A stretch of 63,935 nucleotides of DNA, counting the filler, from Octopus bimaculoides (Eukaryota), in assembly GCF_001194135.2 (NCBI RefSeq). It is 9 parts of 7 records of this genome, joined end to end, with 100 filler letters (N's around TTAATTAATTAA, not from the genome) between each part and the next. Parts side by side here need not be neighbours in the genome. Positions count along the whole stretch, not along the records: positions 14,445 to 38,506 come from NC_068982.1; positions 38,607 to 49,424 come from NC_069009.1; 7 more parts are not named here. One strand, 5' to 3'. Both the position numbers and the translations under genes were made by a program. Numbering within the stretch: the first letter of the stretch is position 1; each line of letters starts with the position of its first letter. Positions 26,068 to 40,292 of the stretch are shown here, piece by piece. The notes under the pieces are model-generated. The model had not been told where the DNA came from. It was given only the letters and a program-made list of their open reading frames with translations, and did not search any database.

Positions 26068-27263
26068 TGTAGTGAAACTACCTACCGTCACCAGATACAA
26101 AACTGCTATCGCCATTCTTCTCATTTAAATATAAACAAACGCGAACATAGCGGAAAACATTAACCTTGTCATCACGTGACTGATCATTATTCGAATCGGC
26201 AACTTCTTCGAACCGTTCCCGCCAGAACGCAAACTGACCAATCACAGCCCTTAATAAGGTCACGTGATAGTGTTTTTCTGCTACCGTCTTGGAGCCCCCC
26301 TTAACGCCTTAAATAGATCAACTCATACCCAACAATTTGTCTNNNNNNNNNNNNNNNNNNNNNNNNNNNNNNNNNNNNNNNNNNNNNNNNNNNNNNNNNN
26401 NNNNNNNNNNNNNNNNNNNNNNNNNNNNNNNNNNNNNNNNNNNNNNNNNNNNNNNNNNNNNNNNNNNNNNNNNNNNNNNNNNNNNNNNNNNNNNNNNNNN
26501 NNNNNNNNNNNNNNNNNNNNNNNNNNNNNNNNNNNNNNNNNNNNNNNNNNNNNNNNNNNNNNNNNNNNNNNNNNNNNNNNNNNNNNNNNNNNNNNNNNNN
26601 NNNNNNNNNNNNNNNNNNNNNNNNNNNNNNNNNNNNNNNNNNNNNNNNNNNNNNNNNNNNNNNNNNNNNNNNNNNNNNNNNNNNNNNNNNNNNNNNNNNN
26701 NNNNNNNNNNNNNNNNNNNNNNNNNNNNNNNNNNNNNNNNNNNNNNNNNNNNNNNNNNNNNNNNNNNNNNNNNNNNNNNNNNNNNNNNNNNNNNNNNNNN
26801 NNNNNNNNNNNNNNNNNNNNNNNNNNNNNNNNNNNNNNNNNNNNNNNNNNNNNNNNNNNNNNNNNNNNNNNNNNNNNNNNNNNNNNNNNNNNNNNNNNNN
26901 NNNNNNNNNNNNNNNNNNNNNNNNNNNNNNNNNNNNNNNNNNNNNNNNNNNNNNNNNNNTCACATACACACTTTTCTTTGCATGACGGCCTGTCTTTGAT
27001 AATGTTCTTATATGCCGCATTCACACTCTCACACAGACATACATCTTTAACGCTACAATAAATATCTCTGTTATTCATCTAATACGGTTGTAGTCTTTCA
27101 TTACTGGTCATCTATGTTATCGTCGTATAACATATCATGTATATCATCTTTGATATATATATTTTGTGTTCGACCGTGTGACACGTTTAAATAAAAGGAG
27201 TCCTCTGTTTTTCCATCCGTCACCATTTCTCCTTTTTTTGAGTTCGCACGGTCGTTCCTTACA
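26068..27263 (+). mobile_element. Solo LTR, copy 1 (Gypsy-like)
   Basis: Starts TGTAGTGAAAC, ends CCTTACA, and has a perfect 4-bp TSD AGTA (26064-26067 / 27264-27267). Contains CCAAT/E-box motifs and AATAAA. The middle is a gap. Confidence 0.75.
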
Positions 27264-29020
27264 AGTATATTATTTTAATCTGCATCACGCACAGTATTTA
27301 TATGTAGTAGGTTATTTACTTTGATCTTAACTATTAAAACATGGATTCGCATTCACACCAACTTGTGAGACTATGGGGTAGCTTGTACAACGAAGTTAAC
27401 AGAGATAATTAAAAAAATAATAATTTTAATTTCATTCATTGATTGAATGCCTCGCCTTCTGAAATGGACGCTCGGAACTATTGCCCCCTCAGTCGTTCTT
27501 TCTTTTCATTCTTAATATCGGATAGAATAGTTTGGTACCATCATGCCACAGTTCACGACTGAAGACAGCAAAAGAAAAGTGAATTTCATAGGTCACAGTA
27601 GTTAAATTAATTTGCATATCTATCCCTACCATAGTCTAGATCTGCACAACAAAGAAAGATGGCTTGACACTCGGAGCCAAGTTTGATATTTTACCAATAA
27701 TACAACAATTACAGGGACACCAAAAATATCCCGTCTACCCACTTCTCATACCTAGAAATTATATTGCGAAGATGACTAGACACTTTAGTAATTTAATGGT
27801 CCATTGTTGACGCAAAGGTGCTGCATAATTAACCAATATTTTGTTGGCGTACATTGGTGTTTTGTATTTAAAGTCTTCAGTTTGCAAAGCAAAGTACAAG
27901 ACATCATTTCAGTAACGGTTTCCAAAAACGACAGCGCTCTCACTGTACTAACCTCTTCTACTTTGCAGTTGATCTAGAAAACTTAATTTGTCTTATAATT
28001 TTTTGTAAAAGTTCAGTATTTCTAAAATGAAAACATTCATCTTGCTTTGAAATTTTCTCCTGGCATCAGTACTCTAGTTACAACGACAATAAAACAATAA
28101 AAAGAACAAAAATAATAAACATAAGTTGAATAAGAACGAAAAACAGAAAAAGTGTTTAGTTTGCATACTTCTCTAATGCCAAACAAATGGATAAAAAAAA
28201 TCTACGCATGACGATTTGGGGAATGTTTAAAACTTAGAAATGTTTTCCACTGGTTAAATAACAGTCGCAGTTGAAACTTGAGATTTAAATGAAATAAAAA
28301 TTAAAGAAAAATAAAAAAAGAAAGTATTTAACAATTATAAAACAGAGCCGTAAATGGGAACACGAGAGAAAAGAGAAGAAACACTTTCTTTAAATTGGTT
28401 GGCTCTTGTTTACCAGTTCCATTTCACATTGTGATAAACTGACGACCTTTCAACGTGTGTTTGTTTCTTGTAAAGAAGCGATGTAAGTTAGGAAGTTTTC
28501 CATTATTTTTCTGTTTCTATTACCTTGTGTTTTTCTTGCATGAATTTGTCCAACCTTGCAAAATGGATTGTTGTTTTCCTTTTCTATTTTGTTATTTAGA
28601 TTTTATTTTTGTAAAATATCTCTTGACCGCTGTTATTTTTTTTTTAACATAAACGTATGGGCACACATGTAACAGGACACATATACAAAGAAAAATTGCA
28701 TCCATCCCCCAAAATGTGCAAAAACCAAGCATAACTTATATCCACCTTTTGGTACATTTAAACAAAGTGGTTAAACGTAATCTAGAATATTGTTGGTTTT
28801 GAAGTATTATCACAGTATCGACCAGACCATCAAATGATGTTGTACATCGCTGGTCACAATACGCTTCCAATTCTGTCCTGATTGCGCCATTCTTTCCTCA
28901 TTTCTTCGCATTGTTTTAGCATTCAAGATGAAGCCACTCCGCAGGCTAAGCGGGCAGACCATTTTGAAATTATATAATAGAATGATAAAATACCACAGCT
29001 TCGAGCCTACCTAACTCACC

Positions 29021-29069
<49 letters not shown>

Positions 29070-29071
<2 letters not shown>

Positions 29072-29400
29072 TGTGTGTTCTTTTACTTGTTTCAGTCATT
29101 GGACTGCAGTCATGTTGGGGCACTACCTTGAGGGATTTTAACCGAACAAAGCGATTCCAGTACGACTTTTTAAAAAATTTGATACTTATTTTGGTCTTTT
29201 TTTTCCGAACTGCTAAGTTAAGAGGACGAAAAATCCAACACTGGTTGAAAATTGATGGTGGGGGTATACACACACACACACACACACTCAGTTTCCGTTT
29301 ACCAAATTCACTCACAAAGCATTGATCAGTCCTGGGTAGAAGACACTTGCCCATGGTGTCACGCAGTGGAGCTGAACCTGAAACCACATGGTTGCAAATA
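29070..29400 (-). mobile_element. SINE family A
   Basis: Tail and head motifs. Confidence 0.8.
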
Positions 29401-29524
29401 TGTGTGTGTGTGAGTAATATGAAATGCACTTTTTTCGCCAAAATCAAAACAAAATTTGGTGTGCATCTTATACAGGTGGGGTGGAGGACAAAATTCTTTC
29501 CCCCACTTACTATTTAAAAAAAAC

Positions 29525-29860
29525 CCTCAATGTAACACGTATGCTTGTGTGGTACCAAAGGTCCCATCATTGCCATCAGGATACAGGACCAGATACTGCA
29601 ACAGCTCGGGCTTCGATGGCTCACAACTCTTCAATATTCCCCCGCAAAGCGTGCATGTAGGCTTTTTCAAAACAAAACTAGATCTCTTTCTGTCTAGAGT
29701 TCCGGATGAACCTACTTGTAGGCAAATAAGACAGATGAGAGCAGCAACGTCAAACTCTCCTATCCGCCAAATATTACATATCAGAGGAGGTTTAATGAAA
29801 GTGTAGCTAAGTAAACTGTGGTGCTCCAGCATGACAGCAGTCTTTAGACTGAAACTTAGA
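29525..29860 (+). mobile_element. CR1/L2-like LINE 3' end, second copy
   Basis: YRTRYCNSSGFDGSQLFNIPP...FKTKLDLFLSRVPDEP, homologous to 158-412, with the same 3' tail. Confidence 0.85.
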
Positions 29861-30697
29861 AAATATATATATAATACACACACTAACATAATAGTGTGAG
29901 TATCGCCTTGAAGTATCGGTTCTTGCTGTTTGTAGTCTAAAGGCAACGGCCGCGACAAGGCTGATGCCATTAAACTGTATCGAGTTTGCCGTTCTCTTGG
30001 ACAACATTATAGGTGTAAAGAAAGAAATTTTGCATAAATTAGGGTGTGGAGGAAGGTGACAGCTAGTCTTTCACAAAGGAACTTACCCGGGACTTTATTA
30101 TGACAGACGAAAAAAGACAATGTTTGCATGTATGTGTGCATTATGTAATATTTAGTCTAATATCGTTATTGCAGTAAAAAGAGGCCAGGAATCAGTTGAC
30201 AGTTATTTTGAAGCTTCCACCGAGTTGCCTACAATAGTCTAACGATGGCTACAGAGCTGTGACTATTAAGAAATTGTCAATATTTTCTTTGTAAAATCAA
30301 AACAAACATGTTTCTCTACTGAAAGGTATTGAGTGATCTTTGAATTTGATGTTAAATTGTATGTAACTATATACACAAAAAACATGCGTTAATACATAAG
30401 TGTCTAGACATTTTAGACTTTAATAATCGCCTTCTTTTAGTAAAAGTTAAGGCGGCGAGCTGGCAGAATCGTTAGCACGCCGGACGAAAAGCTTAGCGGT
30501 ATTTCGCCTGTCGCTACGTTCTGAGTTCACCACTTGAACATTGGGGTCAATGTAATCGACTTAAACCCACTCCTCCATGCTGCCTTTATGGAAAAATTTG
30601 AAGTAATTATTCTTTTAGTAAAAGTTGCATAATTCCAACTAATTTGCTTTTTTGATTATAGTATTGAAAGATGTGCTTGTGTGTGTGTGTACATATA

Positions 30698-31642
30698 TGT
30701 AGTGAAACTAACCTCTATCGCCATTATATACAAACAAACCATCTTCCCCGCTGTTATAAATATAAACAAGCGCGGGCGTAGCAGAGAGCAGCCTGCTGTA
30801 TCCATCACATGACTGACTATTCTTTGCGCGGGTAAATTATCTCCTCCATTCCCGCCAGGACGCAAACTGACCAATCACAGCCCCTAATAAGGTCACGTGA
30901 TAGTGTTTTTCTAATGCTGCTCTNNNNNNNNNNAGACTGCTAGATACCCGGCAAATTAGTCGCGCCTCAGATCGCCTAGATCTGGCCGCCGGCAACACGA
31001 CTCTACGTACTACCAGCATCGCCGCCGGCGTCAACACGACTCTACACGTACACAAGCTACCAACAGCTAACCGCAGCACTTCTCTTCGATCCTGTTTGTG
31101 TGATTTCTTCACCACGATAAATAACAGCCAAGAATTTAGCCTGCGAAGAACATCTGTATTCAAGGACCCGGCTTGGCATGGAAACCCTAACATCACAACT
31201 AGTGATCGCCCTGCCCCACACGCCTTAACTTCTTATATACAGACACTTACCACTGTGTACTCTAAGAACTGGTATCTTAAATCCTTATACGCGTTACTGA
31301 CTCTATTCAATACTGTGTATCTCTCGCGCCCACATACATGTATTACTTACACACACTCTTTTGTTTACATGACGGCCTGTCTTTTATTGTGTTTCATTAT
31401 GTCGCATTCACTCACACACAGACATACAATTTAATGCTACAATAAATCTTACTGTTATTCATCTCATACGGTTGTGTTCCTATCGTCTTCCTTACTGGCA
31501 TTTACGAATTCTCTATGTTATCGAAGTATAACATATATCATTTGATATATTTTGTGTTCGACCGTGTGACGCGTTTAATAAAGGAGCCTGTTTTTCCATT
31601 CGTCACCATTTCTCCTTTTGGGTTCGCACGGTCGTTCCTACA
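30698..31642 (+). mobile_element. Solo LTR, copy 2 of the same family
   Basis: Starts TGTAGTGAAAC and ends CCTACA. Colinear with 26068-27263. TSD not intact (TATA/CACA, microsatellite flanks). Confidence 0.7.
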
Positions 31643-33701
31643 CACACACACACACACACATATATATACACACATATATATATACACACACATCATAGAG
31701 ACACGTATATATGTATACGTGTGTATATGCAAATGCATGATCAAGCGTCATGTTTTAATAGCCACGGGTAGACCCATACGTTGTGAGTGAAGGTGGGTTG
31801 ATGGGACACTGTAGAGGCCCTTCAGATGGTTTGTACATGTAATTCAAAAGTACAATTTTGTCACACATTGTGTCTCGCCGATTCAGCCAGAGAATTCAGT
31901 TAAGGGTACATCTGTCTGTGGAATGTTCAGCTACTTAAACGTTAATTCTACAAACAGTTTATTCAGTTGATCGAATAATTGTATCATGTTTGCTCCACCG
32001 ATTTGATGATGTCAGATGATATAAGAGTTTGCGTGAAAGGCATGACTGCCAAGTGACAGCATATGCTGTAAAAACTCACCTAACAAGTTATTTTGAATTT
32101 CTTTTAAATTCTCTTTACACTGACTTCGAACATCTGATGATGTCGACGTGTTCTACGTCCACGAAACTTAATGTGTAGTTGAGTCAAACCGTTATGAAAT
32201 ACATAAAAGTTCAACTTTTATGAAATACATAAAAGTTCAACTTTAATGCGTTTAGAGAGCCTATGCTTGTGAAAGGAAACATACAGTTTGGATGTCAGAC
32301 TGTAAAACGATAAAGTGACAACATTAGCGAAGACAATTTCTCTGATCAGGACCCGGCGCATTTTGAGCTGAGCCGTACAAGGGTGAAGAAAAATCTGACT
32401 TCAAACTTTGAGCTTTAGGTACAACCTTGACACCTACACATATAACTAAAGTAACGTAGTTTTTCTCCATTATTATTAGTGTTATGCATAATTTCCATTA
32501 TTTTCTTTTTTAATGATAAGTGTAAATCTCAAAATAATTCAAAATATATTCACCAGAGCCACCAAAATCGATGTACAGCGAACTGAATTACTCTCTCTAA
32601 GGCAGCAAGGCTAGACAATATGCATGTCCACTTGGTCAGCTTCAATCTGCTATATTTACGTTGGATCCTGGACATCTGGAATGGTCGTGTTTTAACAATT
32701 ACATCTATTCATGCAGTAATGGCATGAATAGCTTGGTTACGTCTGTTGCATTAAGATGGTCGCATCCCTTAAGATACTTGTGTGTAGAGCTCACTACAAG
32801 CACAAGATCCTAACCTACATGCCGCTCTTCTACGATACAGGGACGTTGAAAATTTTAAACAAATTGTTTAATTTTACTTTTTGCTGTATAATTTTTGTCC
32901 GGAGAGATTTTTGTTCATATAATTACATTGCTGTTCATGCACTTCATGCGAACTGGCAGAACCATTAGATCATCGTATTTGTTGCCTCTCTTTACGTTCT
33001 GATTCCAGTTCCTGCTGAGACAACTTTGCCATTCATCCCTTTTGGATCGATAAAATAAAGTACCAATCAGTTACAAAGGTCGATGCTATCGACTAACCCC
33101 TCCCCTCAAAACTGCTAGCCTTGTGCCTTATTCAGAATCCATCATTTCAATATTACAGAATAAATATGAAGCACGCTTTGAGAATAACTCGAAAATGTTA
33201 GCATCTATTTAATACCATAAGGATGAGTGATATAAATAACTATCCCTGCCAATCTTACAAGCTTATTGTGTGACTGTATTTATGTTTACAGTTTCTGTTC
33301 GTTTAAGTTATGTGTTCAGTCCATCCACTCAGAAATCGGTTTAATTTCTGCGCAGACAACAAAAGCAGTTCTTTTGATAACTGATCAAACAAAGTATAAA
33401 TGTAACGATTATTGTCGACCCTACTCTAACAATGGACAGTTATGGCAAGCATTGTTGATACTGCTGTGAAGCAATCTGCTCGGATCAATCAAACGCATTT
33501 GTAAACTAATGGAACTTAACCTACTAACCTTGTATCGCTATGCATGATGTAAACATGTCTAACGTGAGAAAAAAAAATATTGAAGTGATATTTCAAGAAT
33601 AGTAAATGATATAAAAGCGGAGCGGAGAGTGTAGAGAATATGATAGTTGATACACACACACACACACACGTGTATATGCATACATGCACATGTATGTGTA
33701 C

Positions 33702-33773
<72 letters not shown>

Positions 33774-34699
33774 CGCGTAATACTATGTTACTTGTTGAAG
33801 CCTTAACACATTTTATACACATACACACACATGTTTGTCTGTAATGTTTGTATGTGTATTACATTGCGCAATCTAAGAAGCAGAGCAGCTAAATGTTTGC
33901 ATATGGGTATGTGTTTGTTATTCCATTACAAAATAACAATTGTGTTTGACGAATCAGATACGACGTCGAGATGATGAGGATGGCGATTAAGAAACCTGAG
34001 ACGTTATTATTCCATCATTTAAAAAGGGATTAAGATTAAGTAAGCAATTCAATTTACGTTTAGAAAACGTTCTGTCGGTGAAAAGATAATTATTTTAAAA
34101 TTTATACCTGAAATCTGTGTTTCTGGCTGATTATTCTATATTCTAAGATAAATTCACTATACAGTATTTCCCACGAATTACTATAGTAATGAATAAAGAT
34201 TATTACAAATTATAAGAGATAAAGATAATTTCTATTAAATAGGAGGGTATTGGAACACTTAAGTAAATCTCAGTGGGTAAGATATTGGGTGACTTGCTCA
34301 GAAGACACGAGATCTATTCTTTTGCTGATATTTCGTTGTATCTAGACTTCATTGAATAAGTAAATGTTACTTCAGACTTGTCTACTGTCGGGAGAAGGCG
34401 ATGGATTAGCAAGATCGTTAAAGCGTCGGGCAATATGCTTTGAGTTCAAATCCCGCTGAGGTCAAACTTTAGCCTTCAGCCTTCATAGGTCGACAAAATG
34501 GTCAAACTCCAGTGTTTGACCCGAGCAAAAGAAAAAAAAATAGTGCAATAGGTGTAAAACAACATGTAGTAAACGAAGGTGGCTACGAGAGAAAGATCCA
34601 GCGGGTCCCCCGACTGGTTCTCCGGTCTTAAAGGTGTAATGTGGATGTGTAATGATAGAGCTGGCTGGTGTGGTGGTGATGCTAGCTGGTGCGGTGGTC

Positions 34700-35137
34700 T
34701 TCCTCACAGCACTTCATGGTAGACATATTTTGTGCGTATGTCACACCATGTTTTTGACTTTGTCTGTGATTCTGATTGAATGTCAAAACTCTTACTTTGA
34801 TATTGTTCATAGCTCGTGCTCTTGAAAATGCAACATATAATTGGCCATGAGAAAATACCGGCTGAGGGAAATGTATTCCAACTTTTTCGAATGTTTGCCC
34901 TTGAGCCTTATTGATTGTCATTGAATATGCAAGTCGAAGAGGAAACTGAAGTCTGTTTAGTGTGAATGGAATATTTGCTTCACTGGGACTAAGTTTAATT
35001 CTGGGAAATAGAACTGTACGACCTCTGTTGCAGCCTGTTATCAATGACGCCACTACACAATGTTCATGAAGTTTTTGCACTTCCATGCGAGTTTCTTTAC
35101 ATAGAGCTTGACTGATGGAAAGATTTCTTAGCAACAT
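34700..35137 (-). mobile_element. Helitron RepHel PIF1-helicase C-terminal fragment
   Basis: PRIKLSPSEANIPFTLNRLQFPLRLAYSMTINKAQGQTFEKVGIHFPQPVFSHGQLYVAFSRAR contains PIF1 helicase motifs V-VI. Confidence 0.9.
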
Positions 35138-36159
35138 TACAATAGTCCCTGCTGTCTGTCACTTTGTCACTCACTTCAACTAGACCTCCTCTGCTTAATA
35201 CCTTTTATTTGTCTTTTTCTTTGTACTTTTCCCTTCAACTGTAGAAAAGCAACAGTGACATCCACAGCTATTTGGTGAAAGAGAGAGAGAGAAAGAGGCA
35301 GACAGACAGTAGCTGTCAGATAGATAGATAGATAGGCAACATTTCTTTTTGCAATTTCCATATTTTCAACTGCTTTATCATACACCGTCGAAAAGGAAAA
35401 GTTTTGCAGCGTTTTGTCTATGACGATATGAGAACGATTTCATTCTTTCACTATTATTCTCTATCTACTCCCTTCCTTCACTCAACCTATCTTTCTAACT
35501 CTCTGTCTTTCCTCCTCTATGTCTTCCCCCTCCCTCCTCTATGTCTCCTTGCCTGTCATCCATCGTACTGCGGTAATGAAAAGTAACAGTAACATCCACA
35601 GCTATTTGCAGAGAGAGAGACAGACAGACAGACAGAAGAAGATAGTGTAGTCTCTCCTCTTTGCCTCTCACTTCAATTTTACTACCTCTGCTGAACAAGT
35701 TTTATTTCTGTTTTGACGTCTTCCTTAGAAGTAAATGTAACACACATCACAGGTACGTACGTAAAAAAAAAATCAGCATATTAATATTTAGGATAATAAT
35801 AATAATAATAATAATAATATATTTATAAAAGATGCCTTTTCTCCTCCTACACATTTTCGCATGGTTCAATGGAAGACTTAACTGATTCTGAATATTTTAA
35901 ATGTTTTCGAAATGAAATTTTAACGAGTTTGCCAATTAGTTAAAATGTTAATTTAACGTTTCACTAATTTCTAATTAAATAGTTATATCATAGGACAGGT
36001 CGTATAAACCACAACGGTATTATTTACTGCAAATGAATTGTGACGTTCATATATTTCTAGAACATAAATGGTTTTGATTTTTAAACGGCAGTTGTGTAAG
36101 GCTGAAAAGTACAGTGACGTAGCTAATGTGAGCACCGTCTGGCCGAACCCTTGAATTTG

Positions 36160-37092
36160 CCGCGGCCGTGACTGCTGAAGACATGCGTAGGCTCGCAAGG
36201 AATGAAGCCAGTATGCTCCGATGGATGTGTAATGTCAATGTGCATACTAGACAGAGTGTAAGTACCTTGAGAGAAAAGTTGAACCTAAGAAGCATCAGTT
36301 GTGGTGTGCAAGAGAGACGATTGCGTTGGTATGGTAATGTGGCGAGAATGGACGAGGATAGCTGTGTGAAAAAGTGCCACACCCTAGCAGTTGAGGGAAC
36401 CTGTGGAAGAGGTAGGCCCAGGAAGACCTGGGATGAGGTGGTGAGGCAAGACCTTCGAACATTGGGCCTCACCGAGGCGATGACTTNNNNNNNNNNNNNN
36501 NNNNNNNNNNNNNNNNNNNNNNNNNNNNNNNNNNNNNNNNNNNNNNNNNNNNNNNNNNNNNNNNNNNNNNNNNNNNNNNNNNNNNNNNNNNNNNNNNNNN
36601 NNNNNNNNNNNNNNNNNNNNNNNNNNNNNNNNNNNNNNNNNNNNNNNNNNNNNNNNNNNNNNNNNNNNNNNNNNNNNNNNNNNNNNNNNNNNNNNNNNNN
36701 NNNNNNNNNNNNNNNNNNNNNNNNNNNNNNNNNNNNNNNNNNNNNNNNNNNNNNNNNNNNNNNNNNNNNNNNNNNNNNNNNNNNNNNNNNNNNNAAGGAC
36801 TTTCGAGCGAGATCGTTGCCAGTGCCCCTGGACTGGCTCTTGTGCGGGTGGCACGTAAAATACACCATTTTGAGCGTGGCCGTTGCCAGTACCGCCTGAC
36901 TGGCCTTCGTGCCGGTGGCACGTTAAAGCACCCACTACACTCTCGGAGTGGTTGGCGTTAGGAAGGGCATCCAGCTGTAGAAACTCTGCCAAATCAGATT
37001 GGAGCCTGGTGTAGCCATCTGTTCATCAGTCCTCAGTCAAATCGTCCAACCCATGCTAGCATGGAAAGCGGACGTTAAACGATGATGATGAT
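36160..37092 (+). mobile_element. RTE LINE 3' end, young-looking
   Basis: Open frame TAEDMRRLARNEASMLRWMCNV...RLRWYGNVARM...GRGRPRKTWDEVVRQDL, then 3' UTR and (GAT)n tail. Confidence 0.92.
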
Positions 37093-37099
37093 ATATATA

Positions 37100-37305
37100 T
37101 AAAAGCAACGAGCTGGCAGAAGCGTTGCAACGCTGGATGGAATGCTTAGCGGTATTTCGTCTACCGCTACGTTCTGAGTTCAAATTCCGCCAAGGTCAAC
37201 GACTTTGCCTTTCATCCTTTCCGGGTTGATAAATTAAGTACTAGTGAAACACTAGGGTCGATATAATCGACTAGTCTCCTCCCCCAAATTTCAGGCTTTG
37301 TTAGA
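37100..37305 (+). mobile_element. SINE family B
   Basis: GAGCTGGCAGAAGCGTT...CTGAGTTCAAATTCCGCC...CCCCAAATTTCAGGC. Confidence 0.85.
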
Positions 37306-38079
37306 TATATAATCAGTCACTTGTTCACAATATTTTACGTTGTCGTTGGTTATGGTCTATCAGAGAGTGACCATTGATTTCACTTCTAATGTCTGTGTGG
37401 GTCACGTATATTGTTAAGAACAAAAAATAGACGTGAAACCAATGATCACTTTCTGACCGACCATAACCAACGACTACATAATATATATCTTTTATATTCT
37501 ATCTTTTGCCTGTTTCAGCCATTAGACTGCGGTAACGTTGGGGTAACTCGAAGAATTTTTAGTCGACCCCAGTACTTAATACTCTATCGGTTCTTTTGCC
37601 GAACCGTTAAGTTTCGGGAGACGTAAACACAACAACACCGATTCTCAAGCGGAGGTAGAGAACATAAACACACACACACACACACATATATATATCATTT
37701 GTAGAAAGCATAGATCAGGAGAAGAAGCACACTCTAAGATGTAGAGCAGTGTACATTTAAATGGAGGTAGGGTGGTTTATGGTATTACCCTGGGTTTTTT
37801 GTCCAATCCTGCCAACACCACTGCTTTCTGCCCAAAGTGCCACGCAGTGGGACTGAACACGGAAGCATGTGGTTTGGAAACAAACTTTTTTACTACACAG
37901 CCACGTCTGAGCATATATATATATACATACACACACACACACCACACAATAGGGATTCAAATAATCAGAGCTCACAGTAGGCTCTTTACCTGGTGCGCGG
38001 CTATCGACGAAGACCGTGATTAAGGCTAGGATTTAACCTCACCGTCGTTCTGAAAATCTAAGAATCCCAATGATGAAGA

Positions 38080-38440
38080 ACATCTTTTACTTGTTTTAGT
38101 CATTAGACTGCGGCCAAGCTGGAGCACCACCTTGAAGATTTTAGCCGAATAAATAGACCCCAGCACATTATTTTAAAGCCTAGTGCTTATTCTATCGGTC
38201 ATTTACGTCGAACCGCAAAATTATGGGGATGTAAGCACACCAAAACCGGTTGTCAAGCGGTGGAGGGGGACAAATACACACACATACGTATTGGATAAGC
38301 TTCTTTCTGTCTACTAAATCCACTTATGGTCAACCCAAGGCAATAGTAGAAGACACTTGTTTGACCAAGGTGCCACGCAGTGGGATCGAACCAGGACCGA
38401 TGTGATTGAGAAGCAAAATTCTTACCTCACAGCCACGGTC
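38080..38440 (-). mobile_element. SINE family A
   Basis: Tail and head motifs. Confidence 0.8.
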
Positions 38441-38474
38441 TGTTCATGATATTACAGAACTATTATATTTATGA

Positions 38475-38506
<32 letters not shown>

Positions 38507-40246
38507 NNNNNNNNNNNNNNNNNNNNNNNNNNNNNNNNNNNNNNNNNNNNTTAATTAATTAANNNNNNNNNNNNNNNNNNNNNNNNNNNNNNNNNNNNNN
38601 NNNNNNCCACCAGCCACGTCCTTTCTCAAGGCAACCTCGCAACTCCCTTCTTGAGAAGAGGAGCTCCATGAAACATGATTGAACGTCAGGTGGGCCACGC
38701 TACTAAATTAAAAAACCAATTAGTCATTTTCTGTTTCGGTGTGCCGTTCAGAAAGCCTTGTCTATGCAACATGCGGCCTGTAGGTTACCCATGATTGGTC
38801 TTTTATTTCTTGCGTGAGATGTGATGGTAGTGGTGCCTGGTGTGTTTATTTGTGTGATGTATCGAAGTATGCTTCCATGTGCGCCTTTGACCGTCTGTAC
38901 ATGTGCATTGTTTCACACACACACACACACACACACATACGCACACGCACACTTTTATTGTATCGATGCCAATAATAATGTATTCAGCCGGTCTTCTTTT
39001 CAGAGTCACATCTGTCTCGGCTCACACCGTTTTGCCAAGTCAGCTTGCGCCAATCGGCGACCGGCCGTAATGTCAGGTGACCTGCATGATGTCACCGGTC
39101 TTTAATAGTTTTGTGTGTGTATATGTATGTATGCATACTTGTATATGTATATATATATATATATATATATGACGCATGTGTGTGTTTACGCGTGTATATA
39201 TGTATGTATGTGTGCGTATGTGCTTGAAAGCGTGAAAGAAAAGTATTGAATACATAAAATGTCGTTTATATATCTCCTAAAATCAGTTTTTATTCTAAAT
39301 GTTTTTACAAATTAACCCTGAACCATCATTACACTCGAATATAACTGTCGTCTGCTCGTTCACTCCACTCGTGCGGTCACTCACACTCGCACACACTTTC
39401 GTTCTCTCGTCTCTGTATTCTCTCGCTATCTCTTTCTCCTCTTCCCCCCTCTCTCTCTCTCGTCTCTAATTTTACTCTGTCTAAAAGTTCCTTCCTTCAT
39501 AGTCTTTTCCCTCCTACCTCTACTTTACGCCCCTCACTCTTTATTTCTACTCTCTAACGCTGTGACTTTCTCCTCCCGTCACCCTCTTTACATCTCCCTC
39601 TTTCTATCGCCTTTCTTTTTGTTCTTTCCACCATCAACCATTTCTCCCACCCTCTCCATACGCATTTCAGCCGATGCTTTTGTGATCCCCTCTTCCTCTC
39701 CCTCATTCCCATCACCCCCCCTTCCTCCCATCTCCACGTATCTATCCTCTCACTTCATTCAACTTTTTACAAACTTGCTTTCTTCCTCCCCTTCTTCATC
39801 TTCTCACACACCTGTCTCATTCGCATTTCCTCCCACCACCTCGTTCGTGCCTTATCCTATTCCTCCCTTCACCCTCTCTCCTACTGCCTCGCCTTTCCTC
39901 CCTCCCTGTTTCTTGTCCCCCCCCTCCCGACGTGTGTATTTCATTTATATTTGTGTGTGTTTGTATATATATATATATACACGCACATATATACATATAT
40001 CTATATACACGCGCACACACACATGCCAAGAAACAATAGGACGATAGTGCATGTGTATTTAGATATATAAATATTACTATATATATATATATATGTATAT
40101 TTATATATATATATATATATGTATATATATGTATAAAACTAAGACCAGTATCTTCCTGCTGAATCTGTTCCACCGTGGTTGGATACCCTTGCGTATCTTT
40201 CAACACAGCGACGGCTATTCCTTTATACACAAGTCTACAACATCAC

Positions 40247-40292
<46 letters not shown>

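Noticed and set aside
26068-31642. Two LTRs read as one full-length LTR retrotransposon, or as a tandem gene/promoter duplication
   Set aside because: Copy 1 has its own TSD, the LTRs are substantially diverged, and no PBS, gag or pol is visible between them. The interval holds unrelated SINE/LINE pieces.
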